A DNA stretch of 64,000 nucleotides from Candidatus Sericytochromatia bacterium. GTDB lineage: Bacteria > Cyanobacteriota > Sericytochromatia > UBA7694. The notes below the pieces were generated by a model. It ran no database searches, was not told where the DNA came from, and saw only the letters and a program-made list of their open reading frames with translations. Positions 1 through 8,557 of this stretch are shown piece by piece. The translations under genes and the position numbers were made by a program. The stretch spans positions 4,139 to 68,138 of the forward strand of contig JACYMC010000046.1 in NCBI GenBank assembly GCA_015272195.1. The letters run 5' to 3'. Position 1 is the first letter of the stretch, and every line of letters starts with the position of its first letter.

Positions 1-1
1 C

Positions 2-115
2 CTCTCTCGCCGGATGGAAGAAAATCTCCACTATACGGGTTTTATGTTACTGATTGGTCTGGGCGTCTTTCTGATCTTTAAAGACGTCTGGGGCCTCACC
101 CTCGGAAAAGGATAA
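2..115 (+). CDS. rseP: 3' end of RIP (M50) zinc metalloprotease RseP, partial (runs in from the window start)
   Basis: Own translation from nt 2: LSRRMEENLHYTGFMLLIGLGVFLIFKDVWGLTLGKG*. This matches the typical RseP C-terminal TM helix pattern (E..H..GF.LL..L...D). Not in the ORF track. Confidence 0.7.
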   Translation, partial: LSRRMEENLHYTGFMLLIGLGVFLIFKDVWGLTLGKG

Positions 116-120
116 ATCAC

Positions 121-1107
121 ATGGCGTTACGCATTATTCGCAAATCGGCTTCCCAAAGTCAGGTTGAACTGATTAGGGGAAAGTCAGAGCAGGCTCCTGC
201 CGCTTCGCTCCTGATCTACATTGACTCGGAGGCCCAGCTTCAGGCGGCCAAAAGTCTGCTGGCCGCCCAGTGGATTCAGGATGATGTGGAGTGCCTGCTG
301 ATGAAGTCCAGTGCTCTGGACGAGCCGCTGCGGCCCCATTTTAATGCCCAGGGGCAAACCATCAAGCTGCTCAATGAGCCCAGAGACGCCAGCTGGTCTC
401 TGCGTTTGCGCACCCTGATCCAGGAGGCCAGCGCCGAGTGCTGCCTGTTTTTACCGCATTTGCCGGCTTCGGTCGATCTGATGGAAGTACTGAAGACCCT
501 GGCCAGTGCTTTGCCCACCGATCCCAATCTGGCCCTGCTGGGTCCGGCGCTGGTACATGACGGGCAGGTGCTGGCCGCCGGGCAGGACCTGGCCGTTAAC
601 TTTGCCCGTCATCAGCTGCTGACAGAAGACAGTGCTTATTCACTTGAGTTTGATCAGCAGCGTCTGTTCTATTTTTATCAGGGTTTGCCGCTGGCATTGT
701 GGCAGCGTCTGGCCGGTGAGCGCTTGCTCTCTGCTGCCGGTGTGCCGCTGAATGTGGCGGCGATTCGCCGCTCGGCCTATCTGAGCCTGGCCTGGCAGGA
801 CCAGGATTTTGAGCTTCCCTGGCTGGCGCAGGAGCTTTCTTTTGCCCTGCGCCAGGCCCAGTATACGCTGGCGATTTCAGGCCTGACGCTGAATCTCTCT
901 GACTCAGAAGCTGAAACCCTGAAATCTTCAGTCGCGCCCCAAAATCTGATGGATACCTGGCAGCCCTTGCGTAAAAACACCCTGTATCCACTCTACTTGC
1001 AGCACGGCTTGATTCCGCAGGGGCAGGATTTTGCCCTGCCGCTGCAACCAAAACCCAAATCAGATCCCGTTGCCGCTTATATCGCAGAAAGGTCTTCTCA
1101 GGCATGA
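121..1107 (+). CDS. GT2-like glycosyltransferase-fold protein, probably degenerate
   Basis: 328-aa ORF. Segment LALLGPALVHDGQVLAAG resembles the GT2 'VG.KL....G.IQHAG' region. No clear DxD motif. Overlaps the next gene by 4 nt (ATGA). Confidence 0.5.
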   Translation: MALRIIRKSASQSQVELIRGKSEQAPAASLLIYIDSEAQLQAAKSLLAAQWIQDDVECLLMKSSALDEPLRPHFNAQGQTIKLLNEPRDASWSLRLRTLIQEASAECCLFLPHLPASVDLMEVLKTLASALPTDPNLALLGPALVHDGQVLAAGQDLAVNFARHQLLTEDSAYSLEFDQQRLFYFYQGLPLALWQRLAGERLLSAAGVPLNVAAIRRSAYLSLAWQDQDFELPWLAQELSFALRQAQYTLAISGLTLNLSDSEAETLKSSVAPQNLMDTWQPLRKNTLYPLYLQHGLIPQGQDFALPLQPKPKSDPVAAYIAERSSQA

Positions 1108-4100
1108 GTCTCAGCGTTATTGTTTATCTGAATTCCCGGAGTACGCTTCACCCACGCTTTCTGATTGAGGCTTTAAAAGCCCAGCAGCAGGCAGCGCCTG
1201 ATGTACATATCTTTTATACCGAAGATCTGACCTTGCCTGAGCTGCCTGAAAACTGGCAGCAGACGGCCGTCAGCCCTGAAAGCAGCTGTGCTGAGATCTG
1301 GCAGCAGGGCTGGTCCCAAAGTCAGAGCGATTATGTGGCGTTTTTCTCTCAGAGTGTCTGCCTGAACCCCTTGCATTTTGCTGCGCTCTTGCAGACCCTG
1401 CAAACACAGCAGCTGCACGCCAGCTGTACGCAGCCTGAATTTGTAGACAACCAGCTGTTGCCGGTGCCCGAAATGGCGCTGCCGGTATTAAAAGCAGCCG
1501 ACTGGCCCGGTTTTGCGCTGGCCTCCCGGATTCTCTGGCCGTTTGAAAGCGCCTGTTTTTTTCGTGAAGCCTTGAATGAAGATTTCTTTGCGAGCCTTTC
1601 AGAGCAGCCCTCTCTGCGTGATGCCCTGGACTGGCTGAATACCCACCCACTCAGCGTGCTGCCCCTTCAAACCCTAACCGTTCCGGCAGAAGCCTATTGG
1701 CAGGATAAAGCCACAACAGCTTCTCAGCAGCCTTATTTTAAGCAATTACTGAAAAAGTATGCACCAGAATCCCTGACGCCGTCTTATGCCCTGGCTACAG
1801 AGCAGAAAACACCTGCAGCCTGTTACTTTTTTGTGTCGCAGGCTTTGCTCAATCAGGGGCTTACGGGTTTGCTGGATGCCTTTCAGAAAAAAAACCAGCA
1901 ACATATTCAGAATCAGAAACAGGTGATGTGGCTGACAGAAACATTGCCCGCAGACTGGAAGAACCTGCTGCAGGGCTTGCAGGCTGAGGGCTTTACCCCC
2001 TTGCTGGTCCAGCTGAGCACCGAGCGCAGCCTGAGCGGTGAGCCCTATTTTACGCAGTACACTCAGCAAGACGGCGTGCCCATGATCAAAATTTCCGGGA
2101 TTCATCCGGTTGAGTTTCAGGTGCAGGGGCTAGAGCAGCCACCGGCAATGGTTTCCTGGATGATTGCCCTGATCAATGCTTATCAGCCCGCGCGTTTGCA
2201 TCTGAGTACCCTGCATTTTTATTCGGCCTTTTTTCTGGATGCCATCCGCGCAGCCAATATCCCCATTTATTATTCCGTCAGCGATACCTCCCTGAATTTC
2301 TGGCGCCATCAGTTGCGCCAGCCTGAAACCCGTTTCCGCGAAAACAAATACGCGCCCGCTGCGCTGTATTATCAGAATCGGCTGGTGCAGCAGTTTTTGC
2401 GGGAAGATGCTGCGGCTTTGCTGGTTCATCAACCTGAAGCAAAGGCGCAGCTGCTGGATCTTGGCTGTGCCCCGGAACGGATTCAGGAAGTCAGTACAGC
2501 CGCCGCGCTGGCTGAGGTGTATCGGCAGCCGGCGCGTGTCTACCGCCAGCAGGTCAATCAGGCGGAGATGGCACCGCTTTACCAGCTGCGCACGGGGGAG
2601 TCTTTGGCTAATGCCCTGTTGCAGGATTTTAAAGACGTGGATCTGCAGGCCCGTGTGCTGGTCTGTGGCCAGGATATTGAAGGGCTGCTGCGCCTGTTAC
2701 TGGAGCAGGAAATCTGGACCCAGGCCACGGTTTTTGACGCTGAACAGGCCCAGGCCTTTAAAAAGAAAGGCCTGAACGCTCATCACGGCAGCCTTACGGC
2801 GCTGTCGGCCTACAGCCATTATTTTGATGTGGTTTATACACCCTTTTTGCTGGAAAGTCTGAAGCCGCACCAGTACCATCAACTGCTCAGCAGTGTGATG
2901 CTGAACCTCAAAAAAGGTGGGGTCTGGCTGCTGCGTACCCGTCACCCGGTGACAGCGCGCCCTGATCAGGGCGGTTTCTGGCTTTCAGCATCCCATCGCC
3001 GCCCCTATTCACCGGATCTGGTACAGCACTGGCTGGAGCAGGCGGGTTTTGAAGTGGAGCGTGTGATTACTGGTTGTCATGACAAGGGTTGGCACGACGT
3101 TTTGTTCAGAGCCCGTATGCGTATTTCCGCCTTGCCCCTGCTCAATGCGCCGGTGGCGACAGCCGCCTGTGAAAAAGTCTGGCACGAAAATCCGCTCAAC
3201 GTCACGCTGAACGAAGAGGCTAACGTGCTGCTGGTCGGTACCCATATTCGCAAAACCTGGATGATTCAGCGCATGAGCTGTGCTGCAATGCTGGGGCTAA
3301 GCCTGAATTTTACTGAGTTGCCGCACTCGCCTCAGCGCCGCCTCAAAAAACACCAGTTTCGTCATGCCCGCCATCTCAACGCCAGTCTGGCCCATCTGCA
3401 GCAGCAATTTGATGCGATTCTGGTCGAAGGTGCTGCCGAAACCCTGATGCCTCAGGAACTGCAGCAGTTTCTACAGCTGTGTCGCCAGCGTCTCAAGCCT
3501 GACGGTGAGCTGCATCTGCGTAGCCTGCAGCTGGAGCCTGACAATGAAGATCCCCTGTTCTGGCAGAGCCTGCTCCATCAGCGTCCCTATGCTGATTTAC
3601 AGTCAGCCCTGGCGGCGCAGGGTTTTGAAGTGCTGGCCGCTGAGCAGACGGGGCTGATTCATCAGTATCGCTGCCGACTGGCTGAGCCTGTACAGGCCAC
3701 GCGCTCTACCCCCAAACTGCCGGCCAATGTCCGCCAACTGATGAAGCAGGGCGCGCGTGTTCAGAAAATTGATCACTGGCAGCAGCTGACGCAGCTGGGT
3801 CGGGAGCAGGACTGTCTTTTGCTGGATGGTTTGCTGGAACAGTTACCGCCTGATCGCCTGGTGCCCGCTCTCAGGCAGCTGATCCAGTCTCTGCGGCAGG
3901 ATGGCCTGCTGGTGCTGCTTTTTGAAGCCGACACCCACTGGCGCTGGGCACAGCATGAAGGTCAGCGGCCTTATCCGTCTCTGGTGGTGGAGCAACTTCT
4001 GCAGCTCTGCGGCCTGCAAAAGCATAGCCTGGTGGCCAGTGAGCAGCGCTGGATTTGGTGTGGGTTCAAACGCCAAGCCTTGCTTCCCCTCGCGCAGCCT

Positions 4101-5576
4101 GCGCTGAGTCTGCGCTGGGAAGGGGATGTTCTGAAATATACCAGTCTGGCTGCCGTGAACCGCGAACTGCTTGTGCAGGCGATGGCGCGTCAAGACTGGG
4201 CGCTTGAAGTCCGCAACCCTTCTGATCCTGACTTTGATGCAGCACCGGGTACAGCTCTGTACCCTTTGAAACAGCATATGTACCTTCCGCTCTCAGACAC
4301 CCCGGATCTGGTGGTACGGCACGCCTGGCCGGTGAACTTTGATTTGCCCGCCAGCGGCGGGCACTGGGTGATGATTCAGCCCTGGGAGTTTGGCTCCCTG
4401 CCGGTGCGTTGGGTTTACCATATCAACCGTTTTGTCGATCAGGTCTGGGTGCCCTCAAACTTTGTACAGCAGTCCTTCCTGGAAAGTGGCGTGTTACCCG
4501 AAAAAGTCGCAGTTGTACCCAACGGGGTGAATGTGGCGCAGTTTCATCCTGAAGCGCCGCCGCTGCTCCTGCCCACTGAGAAGCGCTTCAAGTTTTTGTT
4601 TGTCGGCGGGGGCATTCACCGCAAAGGCATTGATCTGTTGATTGAAGCCTATCTCTCAGTGTTTACGGCACAGGATGACGTCAGTCTGGTGATCAAAGAT
4701 TTTGGCGCCGGCGAGGTTTACAGTGGTTTTGATGTGACTGCTTTGCTGACGCAGGCCCGTGAAAAATACCCTGACGGCGCTGAGATTCTGCATCTGACCG
4801 ATAATCTGGCACCTGAAGAGATGCCCTCATTGTATACAGCTGCTGATTGTCTGGTGCATCCCTATCGCGGCGAGGGTTTTGCCCTGCCAATTGCTGAGGC
4901 CATGGCCTGCGAACGCGCTGTGCTGGTGACGGGTTTTGGTGCCTGTCTGGATTATTGTACGCCTGAAAACGCCTATCTGATTCCTGCCGAAAAAGTCTAT
5001 TTTGAAGACAAGCGGATTGACCAGGCTGTGACGGTGGACCTGCCTTACTGGGCTGAGCCCGATATGGCCGCATTTAAGGCCTTGCTGCGTCAGGTGTATG
5101 AAAACCCTGAAGAAGCCCGGATGAAAGCCCGACAGGCCCGTCAGGATATTCAGGATAACTGGACCTGGTCCCACAGCTTTATGCAGATGAACGCTGCCAT
5201 GCAGCGTTTAAAGCAACGGCCGGTATTCCGGTTTTACCGGACCCATCTGCTGGCAGAAATTCTGGCCAAAGCCTTTGAGGCCATTGATGCCGAGCGCTAT
5301 GCTGAAGCCATTCCGCATTTTAACAAGGCCCTGCAGATTGACCCTCATCAGCCCAGCGTGCAGTATAATCTGGGGGTTGCCTATTTGATGGAGCAACAGT
5401 ATGAGCAGGCGCTTGAAGCCTTGACCATCAGTTTGCGCGAAGGTGAGATTACCGGCGATTTGTGTTATGCCATGGCCACGGCGCTGCGTCATCTGGGCGA
5501 TCATAAAACCAGTCAGCACTTTTTGGCTAAAGCCCGTGAACTGAATCCGGCTTTATTTGAAGTGTCTAATGCTTAA
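1104..5576 (+). CDS. Multidomain glycosyltransferase: GT2-like N-terminus, GT4-like fragment, three degenerate class I methyltransferase-like modules, intact C-terminal GT4 domain and TPR
   Basis: GT4 motifs FLFVGGGIHRKGIDLLIEAY, LYTAADCLVHPYRGEGFALPIAEAMAC and WEFGSLP. TPR at the C-terminus (AIPHFNKALQIDPHQPSVQYNLGVAY). Three H/G-x-RPY-containing MTase-like repeats. Confidence 0.85.
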   Translation: MSLSVIVYLNSRSTLHPRFLIEALKAQQQAAPDVHIFYTEDLTLPELPENWQQTAVSPESSCAEIWQQGWSQSQSDYVAFFSQSVCLNPLHFAALLQTLQTQQLHASCTQPEFVDNQLLPVPEMALPVLKAADWPGFALASRILWPFESACFFREALNEDFFASLSEQPSLRDALDWLNTHPLSVLPLQTLTVPAEAYWQDKATTASQQPYFKQLLKKYAPESLTPSYALATEQKTPAACYFFVSQALLNQGLTGLLDAFQKKNQQHIQNQKQVMWLTETLPADWKNLLQGLQAEGFTPLLVQLSTERSLSGEPYFTQYTQQDGVPMIKISGIHPVEFQVQGLEQPPAMVSWMIALINAYQPARLHLSTLHFYSAFFLDAIRAANIPIYYSVSDTSLNFWRHQLRQPETRFRENKYAPAALYYQNRLVQQFLREDAAALLVHQPEAKAQLLDLGCAPERIQEVSTAAALAEVYRQPARVYRQQVNQAEMAPLYQLRTGESLANALLQDFKDVDLQARVLVCGQDIEGLLRLLLEQEIWTQATVFDAEQAQAFKKKGLNAHHGSLTALSAYSHYFDVVYTPFLLESLKPHQYHQLLSSVMLNLKKGGVWLLRTRHPVTARPDQGGFWLSASHRRPYSPDLVQHWLEQAGFEVERVITGCHDKGWHDVLFRARMRISALPLLNAPVATAACEKVWHENPLNVTLNEEANVLLVGTHIRKTWMIQRMSCAAMLGLSLNFTELPHSPQRRLKKHQFRHARHLNASLAHLQQQFDAILVEGAAETLMPQELQQFLQLCRQRLKPDGELHLRSLQLEPDNEDPLFWQSLLHQRPYADLQSALAAQGFEVLAAEQTGLIHQYRCRLAEPVQATRSTPKLPANVRQLMKQGARVQKIDHWQQLTQLGREQDCLLLDGLLEQLPPDRLVPALRQLIQSLRQDGLLVLLFEADTHWRWAQHEGQRPYPSLVVEQLLQLCGLQKHSLVASEQRWIWCGFKRQALLPLAQPALSLRWEGDVLKYTSLAAVNRELLVQAMARQDWALEVRNPSDPDFDAAPGTALYPLKQHMYLPLSDTPDLVVRHAWPVNFDLPASGGHWVMIQPWEFGSLPVRWVYHINRFVDQVWVPSNFVQQSFLESGVLPEKVAVVPNGVNVAQFHPEAPPLLLPTEKRFKFLFVGGGIHRKGIDLLIEAYLSVFTAQDDVSLVIKDFGAGEVYSGFDVTALLTQAREKYPDGAEILHLTDNLAPEEMPSLYTAADCLVHPYRGEGFALPIAEAMACERAVLVTGFGACLDYCTPENAYLIPAEKVYFEDKRIDQAVTVDLPYWAEPDMAAFKALLRQVYENPEEARMKARQARQDIQDNWTWSHSFMQMNAAMQRLKQRPVFRFYRTHLLAEILAKAFEAIDAERYAEAIPHFNKALQIDPHQPSVQYNLGVAYLMEQQYEQALEALTISLREGEITGDLCYAMATALRHLGDHKTSQHFLAKARELNPALFEVSNA

Positions 5577-5578
5577 AT

Positions 5579-5610
5579 CCGCAGACAGGGTTTATCAGCC
5601 CTGTCTGCGG
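5579..5610. terminator. Hairpin between convergent genes (possible bidirectional terminator)
   Basis: Perfect 12-bp stem CCGCAGACAGGG / CCCTGTCTGCGG with an 8-nt loop. It overlaps the stop codon of the thioredoxin gene. No long U-tract. Confidence 0.55.
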
Positions 5611-6158
5611 GCTTCGCGAAAGGCCTGGAAGTCCATGCTTTTGTAGGATTCGGAGCCGATATACTCCAGGACCTGCTGAAATTCACCGGGTGGCTGGTAG
5701 CCTGGTACTTTGGTGATCACTTCGCCGTCAGATGTCATAAACATAATGGTGGGGTAACCCGTGACCCCGTGCAGGGCGGTTAGCTCTTTTTCGGTGACTT
5801 TTTTGCCCTGGTAGTCAACCGGATTTTCAGAACTTTCGGTGACCCGGATGGGGACAAAGTACTGGTTAAGGGTCTGCTGGACCTGGCTGTCGACAAAGGT
5901 TTCCTCATCCATTTTGCGGCAGTAGCCGCACCAGGTGGCGAAAAACTCCACCATGATCAGCTTTTTTTCGTTCTGAGCACTGATCAGGCCCTGATCAAAT
6001 GCCTGCCAGGCAATGGGGCCGGCATGGGCTTCGCTTGCGGCCAGGGCTTTGCCTGTGGACGCAGACACGGTGCTCTGACCTTTCTGGGCGGTGAGTACAG
6101 CCACCAGTGAGATACAAAGGGCGGTACCTGCCAGGGCATAATACAGGGGGGTTTTCAT
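5595..6158 (-). CDS. Exported thioredoxin-fold protein (SoxW/DsbD-gamma-like)
   Basis: N-terminal hydrophobic signal/anchor, WCGYC active site and cis-Pro motif GVTGYPTIMF. Confidence 0.85.
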   Translation of the reverse strand: MKTPLYYALAGTALCISLVAVLTAQKGQSTVSASTGKALAASEAHAGPIAWQAFDQGLISAQNEKKLIMVEFFATWCGYCRKMDEETFVDSQVQQTLNQYFVPIRVTESSENPVDYQGKKVTEKELTALHGVTGYPTIMFMTSDGEVITKVPGYQPPGEFQQVLEYIGSESYKSMDFQAFREARRQG

Positions 6159-6240
6159 GGTATGTTTCCTTCGGGTTCAAGCATTGAAATTATCATAGCA
6201 TTTGCAGTGCATTTCTGGCTGCAGGATACCAGCGCGCGGC

Positions 6241-7110
6241 TTATTCGGCGGCTTTGACCGCTTCAGACTGCTGAATCAGGGCCTGCGCCAGATGCTCAGG
6301 CTTGATGTACTCCATGCGGATTAAAATTTCGCCCAGCAGCAGTTTTTCGTCGTTTTGCTGCTTCAGTGCTTCTTTGAGCTGATCTTTTTTGAGGTGCCCC
6401 AGCTGAATCAGAATGTCGCCCAGGCGGGTATTGTTGCCGCTGCTGAAAAGTTTCAGCCATTTAAAGCCTGTATTTTTGCCGCTTTGACCAGCTGTGGGCT
6501 GGTAGTGCTTCAGCGCGATTTTATCGGTAGGGTCAAAATGCAGCGCGACTTTAAATTCAGCCTGGGCATAGCCCGTCCAGCCCTTTTTTTGCAGTGCCAG
6601 GGCCAGCTGGCTGTGGTATTTGGCCACGTCGTTATCGATTCGGATCGCTTCTTTGTACTCTTTGATGGCTTCATCCATCAGATTTTTACGCTCGTAGTCC
6701 TTACCAGCGTCGTAGTGTTTGTGGGCCAGCTCCTGTTTGGTTTTTTTTGCTGCGGCACTACTGCCTTGCTGGCCGGCAGGCTGTGCGCGTGGAGGGGCAT
6801 GGTTTGAGCTTGTTGTGGCCGTGGCTGGATCTTGACTGCCGTTGCTGGAGGGTGCGGTTGTGGGCGCATAACGCCGCTCGTAGTCCTTTCGCAACAAGGG
6901 ATCCTGTAGGGTCGAAAAAGCTACGCCAACCCGTTTAAAAGCCTCTTCTGCCAGTTGTTTTTCCTGGCTGTCGATAAAGCGATCCGGGTGCACCTGCTTA
7001 ACGAGCTTTTTATAGGCTGCACGAATTTCTTCACTGCTGGCACCGCTGTGGGTGTTCAGCATTAAAAAGAAATTGTCTTCTTTGAGAATGCGCTGCAGTT
7101 CGCTTGACAA
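6241..7110 (-). CDS. J-domain (DnaJ-like) protein with TPR repeats and C-terminal MshEN c-di-GMP-binding domain
   Basis: HPD motif (VHPDRF) in the N-terminal J-domain. TPR helices follow. Tandem 24-aa motifs RLGDILIQLGHLKKDQLKEALKQQ and LLGEILIRMEYIKPEHLAQALIQQ. TTG start. Confidence 0.85.
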   Translation of the reverse strand: MSSELQRILKEDNFFLMLNTHSGASSEEIRAAYKKLVKQVHPDRFIDSQEKQLAEEAFKRVGVAFSTLQDPLLRKDYERRYAPTTAPSSNGSQDPATATTSSNHAPPRAQPAGQQGSSAAAKKTKQELAHKHYDAGKDYERKNLMDEAIKEYKEAIRIDNDVAKYHSQLALALQKKGWTGYAQAEFKVALHFDPTDKIALKHYQPTAGQSGKNTGFKWLKLFSSGNNTRLGDILIQLGHLKKDQLKEALKQQNDEKLLLGEILIRMEYIKPEHLAQALIQQSEAVKAAE

Positions 7111-7268
7111 AATAAACTATCCTTTGGGGCTCATCGGCGTCGGCTTTTAAAAACGTTCCCTTATCTCCTCCATTTTAAACGATTCTATTGTGAATAAATG
7201 TAAAAAAATCAATACAATCGAGGGCTTTTGTTTTTGGCGCTTCAGGGCTTTTCTGTCCTGAAAACCTG

Positions 7269-7296
7269 TTGATGGTGCAAAATAGTGTGGTAGAAT
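7269..7296 (+). promoter_or_regulatory. sigma70-type promoter of the tRNA pair
   Basis: TTGATG (7269-74), N16, then TAGAAT (7291-96) preceded by TG (extended -10). Lies 9 nt upstream of tRNA-Gln. Confidence 0.6.
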
Positions 7297-7305
7297 GTCT
7301 CTCAT

Positions 7306-7377
7306 TGGGGTATCGCCAAGTGGTAAGGCCCCGGATTTTGATTCCGGTATTCCTAGGTTCGAATCCTAGTACCCCAG
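7306..7377 (+). tRNA. tRNA-Gln (anticodon TTG)
   Basis: Cloverleaf: TGGGGTA/TACCCCA acceptor stem, CCGGA-TTTTGAT-TCCGG anticodon arm and GGTTCGAATCC T-loop. CCA not encoded. Confidence 0.95.
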
Positions 7378-7391
7378 TCTTTTCTTTTTTT

Positions 7392-7464
7392 GCCGATGTA
7401 GCTCAGATGGTAGAGCAATGGTTTCGTAAACCATAGGTCAGGGGTTCGATTCCCCTCGTCGGCA
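7392..7464 (+). tRNA. tRNA-Thr (anticodon CGT)
   Basis: GCCGATG/CGTCGGC acceptor stem, ATGGT-TTCGTAA-ACCAT anticodon arm and GGTTCGATTCC T-loop. CCA not encoded. Confidence 0.95.
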
Positions 7465-7499
7465 TTTTTGCCTGAGTTTTTCTGAAAGGCAAGCAAGCC

Positions 7500-8513
7500 A
7501 TGCTTCATTTTCTCTTTCGCCGCCTGGGCCTGATGGCCATCATTCTGCTCTGTGTTTCGTTTATCGTCTTTGCCTCGGTGCGTATGGTGCCCGGTGATCC
7601 GGCCCAGCTGATGCTCGGTGAGCGGGCCACAGAAGAATCACTGACCCGTCTGCGCGAGCAGCTCGGACTCAACCGCCCCTTTATGGTGCAGTATGTTGCC
7701 TATCTTGGGCGTATCCTGACCGAAGGCAGTCTGGGTGATTCGATTGTGACCAATAATCCGGTCTTAAGCGAAATTGCGCAAAAGTTTCCGGCCACCATTG
7801 AGCTGGCACTGGCCGCCATGCTGATTGCTTTGCTGGTGGGGGTATCGATTGGTATTCTGGCTGCCGTGTATCGCAACTCCTGGCTCGACAACCTGAGTAT
7901 GGTGGGGGCTTTGACGGGCGTGTCGATGCCGATTTTCTGGTTGGGCTTGCTGCTGATGACTGTCTTTTCGGCCTACCTGGGCTGGGTGCCGTTATCCGGA
8001 CGCATGAGCATTATTTCGGAGTTGGAGCCTGTGACCCATTTTTATGTGATTGACAGCCTGCTGGCCCGCGATCCTTATCTGCTGCTGGACGTGCTGCATC
8101 ACCTGATTTTGCCGGCCTGTACGCTGGCCACAGTACCTACGGCCATTGTGGCCCGCATGACCCGTGCCAGTATGCTGGATGTCCTTGATCAGGACTATAT
8201 CAAAACGGCCCATGCCAAAGGCGTTTCTAAAATTGGCGTGGTTCTGCATCACGGCCTGCGCAATGCGGCCATCCCCATTACCACCATTGCCGGTCTGCAG
8301 CTGGGGCTTTTGCTGAGTGGGGCGGTGCTGACCGAGACCATTTTTGCCTGGAACGGTCTGGGGTCTTACGTGGTTAATGCCGTTAATGCCCGCGACTTTC
8401 CGGTGGTGCAGGGCTGCGTGCTGATCTTTGCTTTTACCTTTGTTCTGGTCAATCTGCTGGTGGATCTGAGCTATTTTGTGCTGGATCCGCGCATCCGCGA
8501 TAAAAGTGCTTAA
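7500..8513 (+). CDS. dppB: Peptide/nickel ABC transporter permease (DppB/OppB family)
   Basis: N-terminal PGDPA motif, EAA-loop-like RASMLDVLDQDYIKTAHAKG, and C-terminal NLLVDLSYFVLDPRI. Confidence 0.92.
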   Translation: MLHFLFRRLGLMAIILLCVSFIVFASVRMVPGDPAQLMLGERATEESLTRLREQLGLNRPFMVQYVAYLGRILTEGSLGDSIVTNNPVLSEIAQKFPATIELALAAMLIALLVGVSIGILAAVYRNSWLDNLSMVGALTGVSMPIFWLGLLLMTVFSAYLGWVPLSGRMSIISELEPVTHFYVIDSLLARDPYLLLDVLHHLILPACTLATVPTAIVARMTRASMLDVLDQDYIKTAHAKGVSKIGVVLHHGLRNAAIPITTIAGLQLGLLLSGAVLTETIFAWNGLGSYVVNAVNARDFPVVQGCVLIFAFTFVLVNLLVDLSYFVLDPRIRDKSA

Positions 8514-8557
8514 GGTTCCGCATACAGGATCTCAGGATCCACTTCCAGCAGAAAGGT

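Noticed and set aside
7241-7262. Small hairpin TTCAGGGC/GTCCTGAA upstream of the tRNA promoter
   Set aside because: 8-bp stem with a G-U pair and no U-tract. No functional support.
7306-7500. tRNA pair as a possible prophage/island integration site
   Set aside because: No integrase, no duplicated tRNA 3' end and no compositional break were seen nearby.
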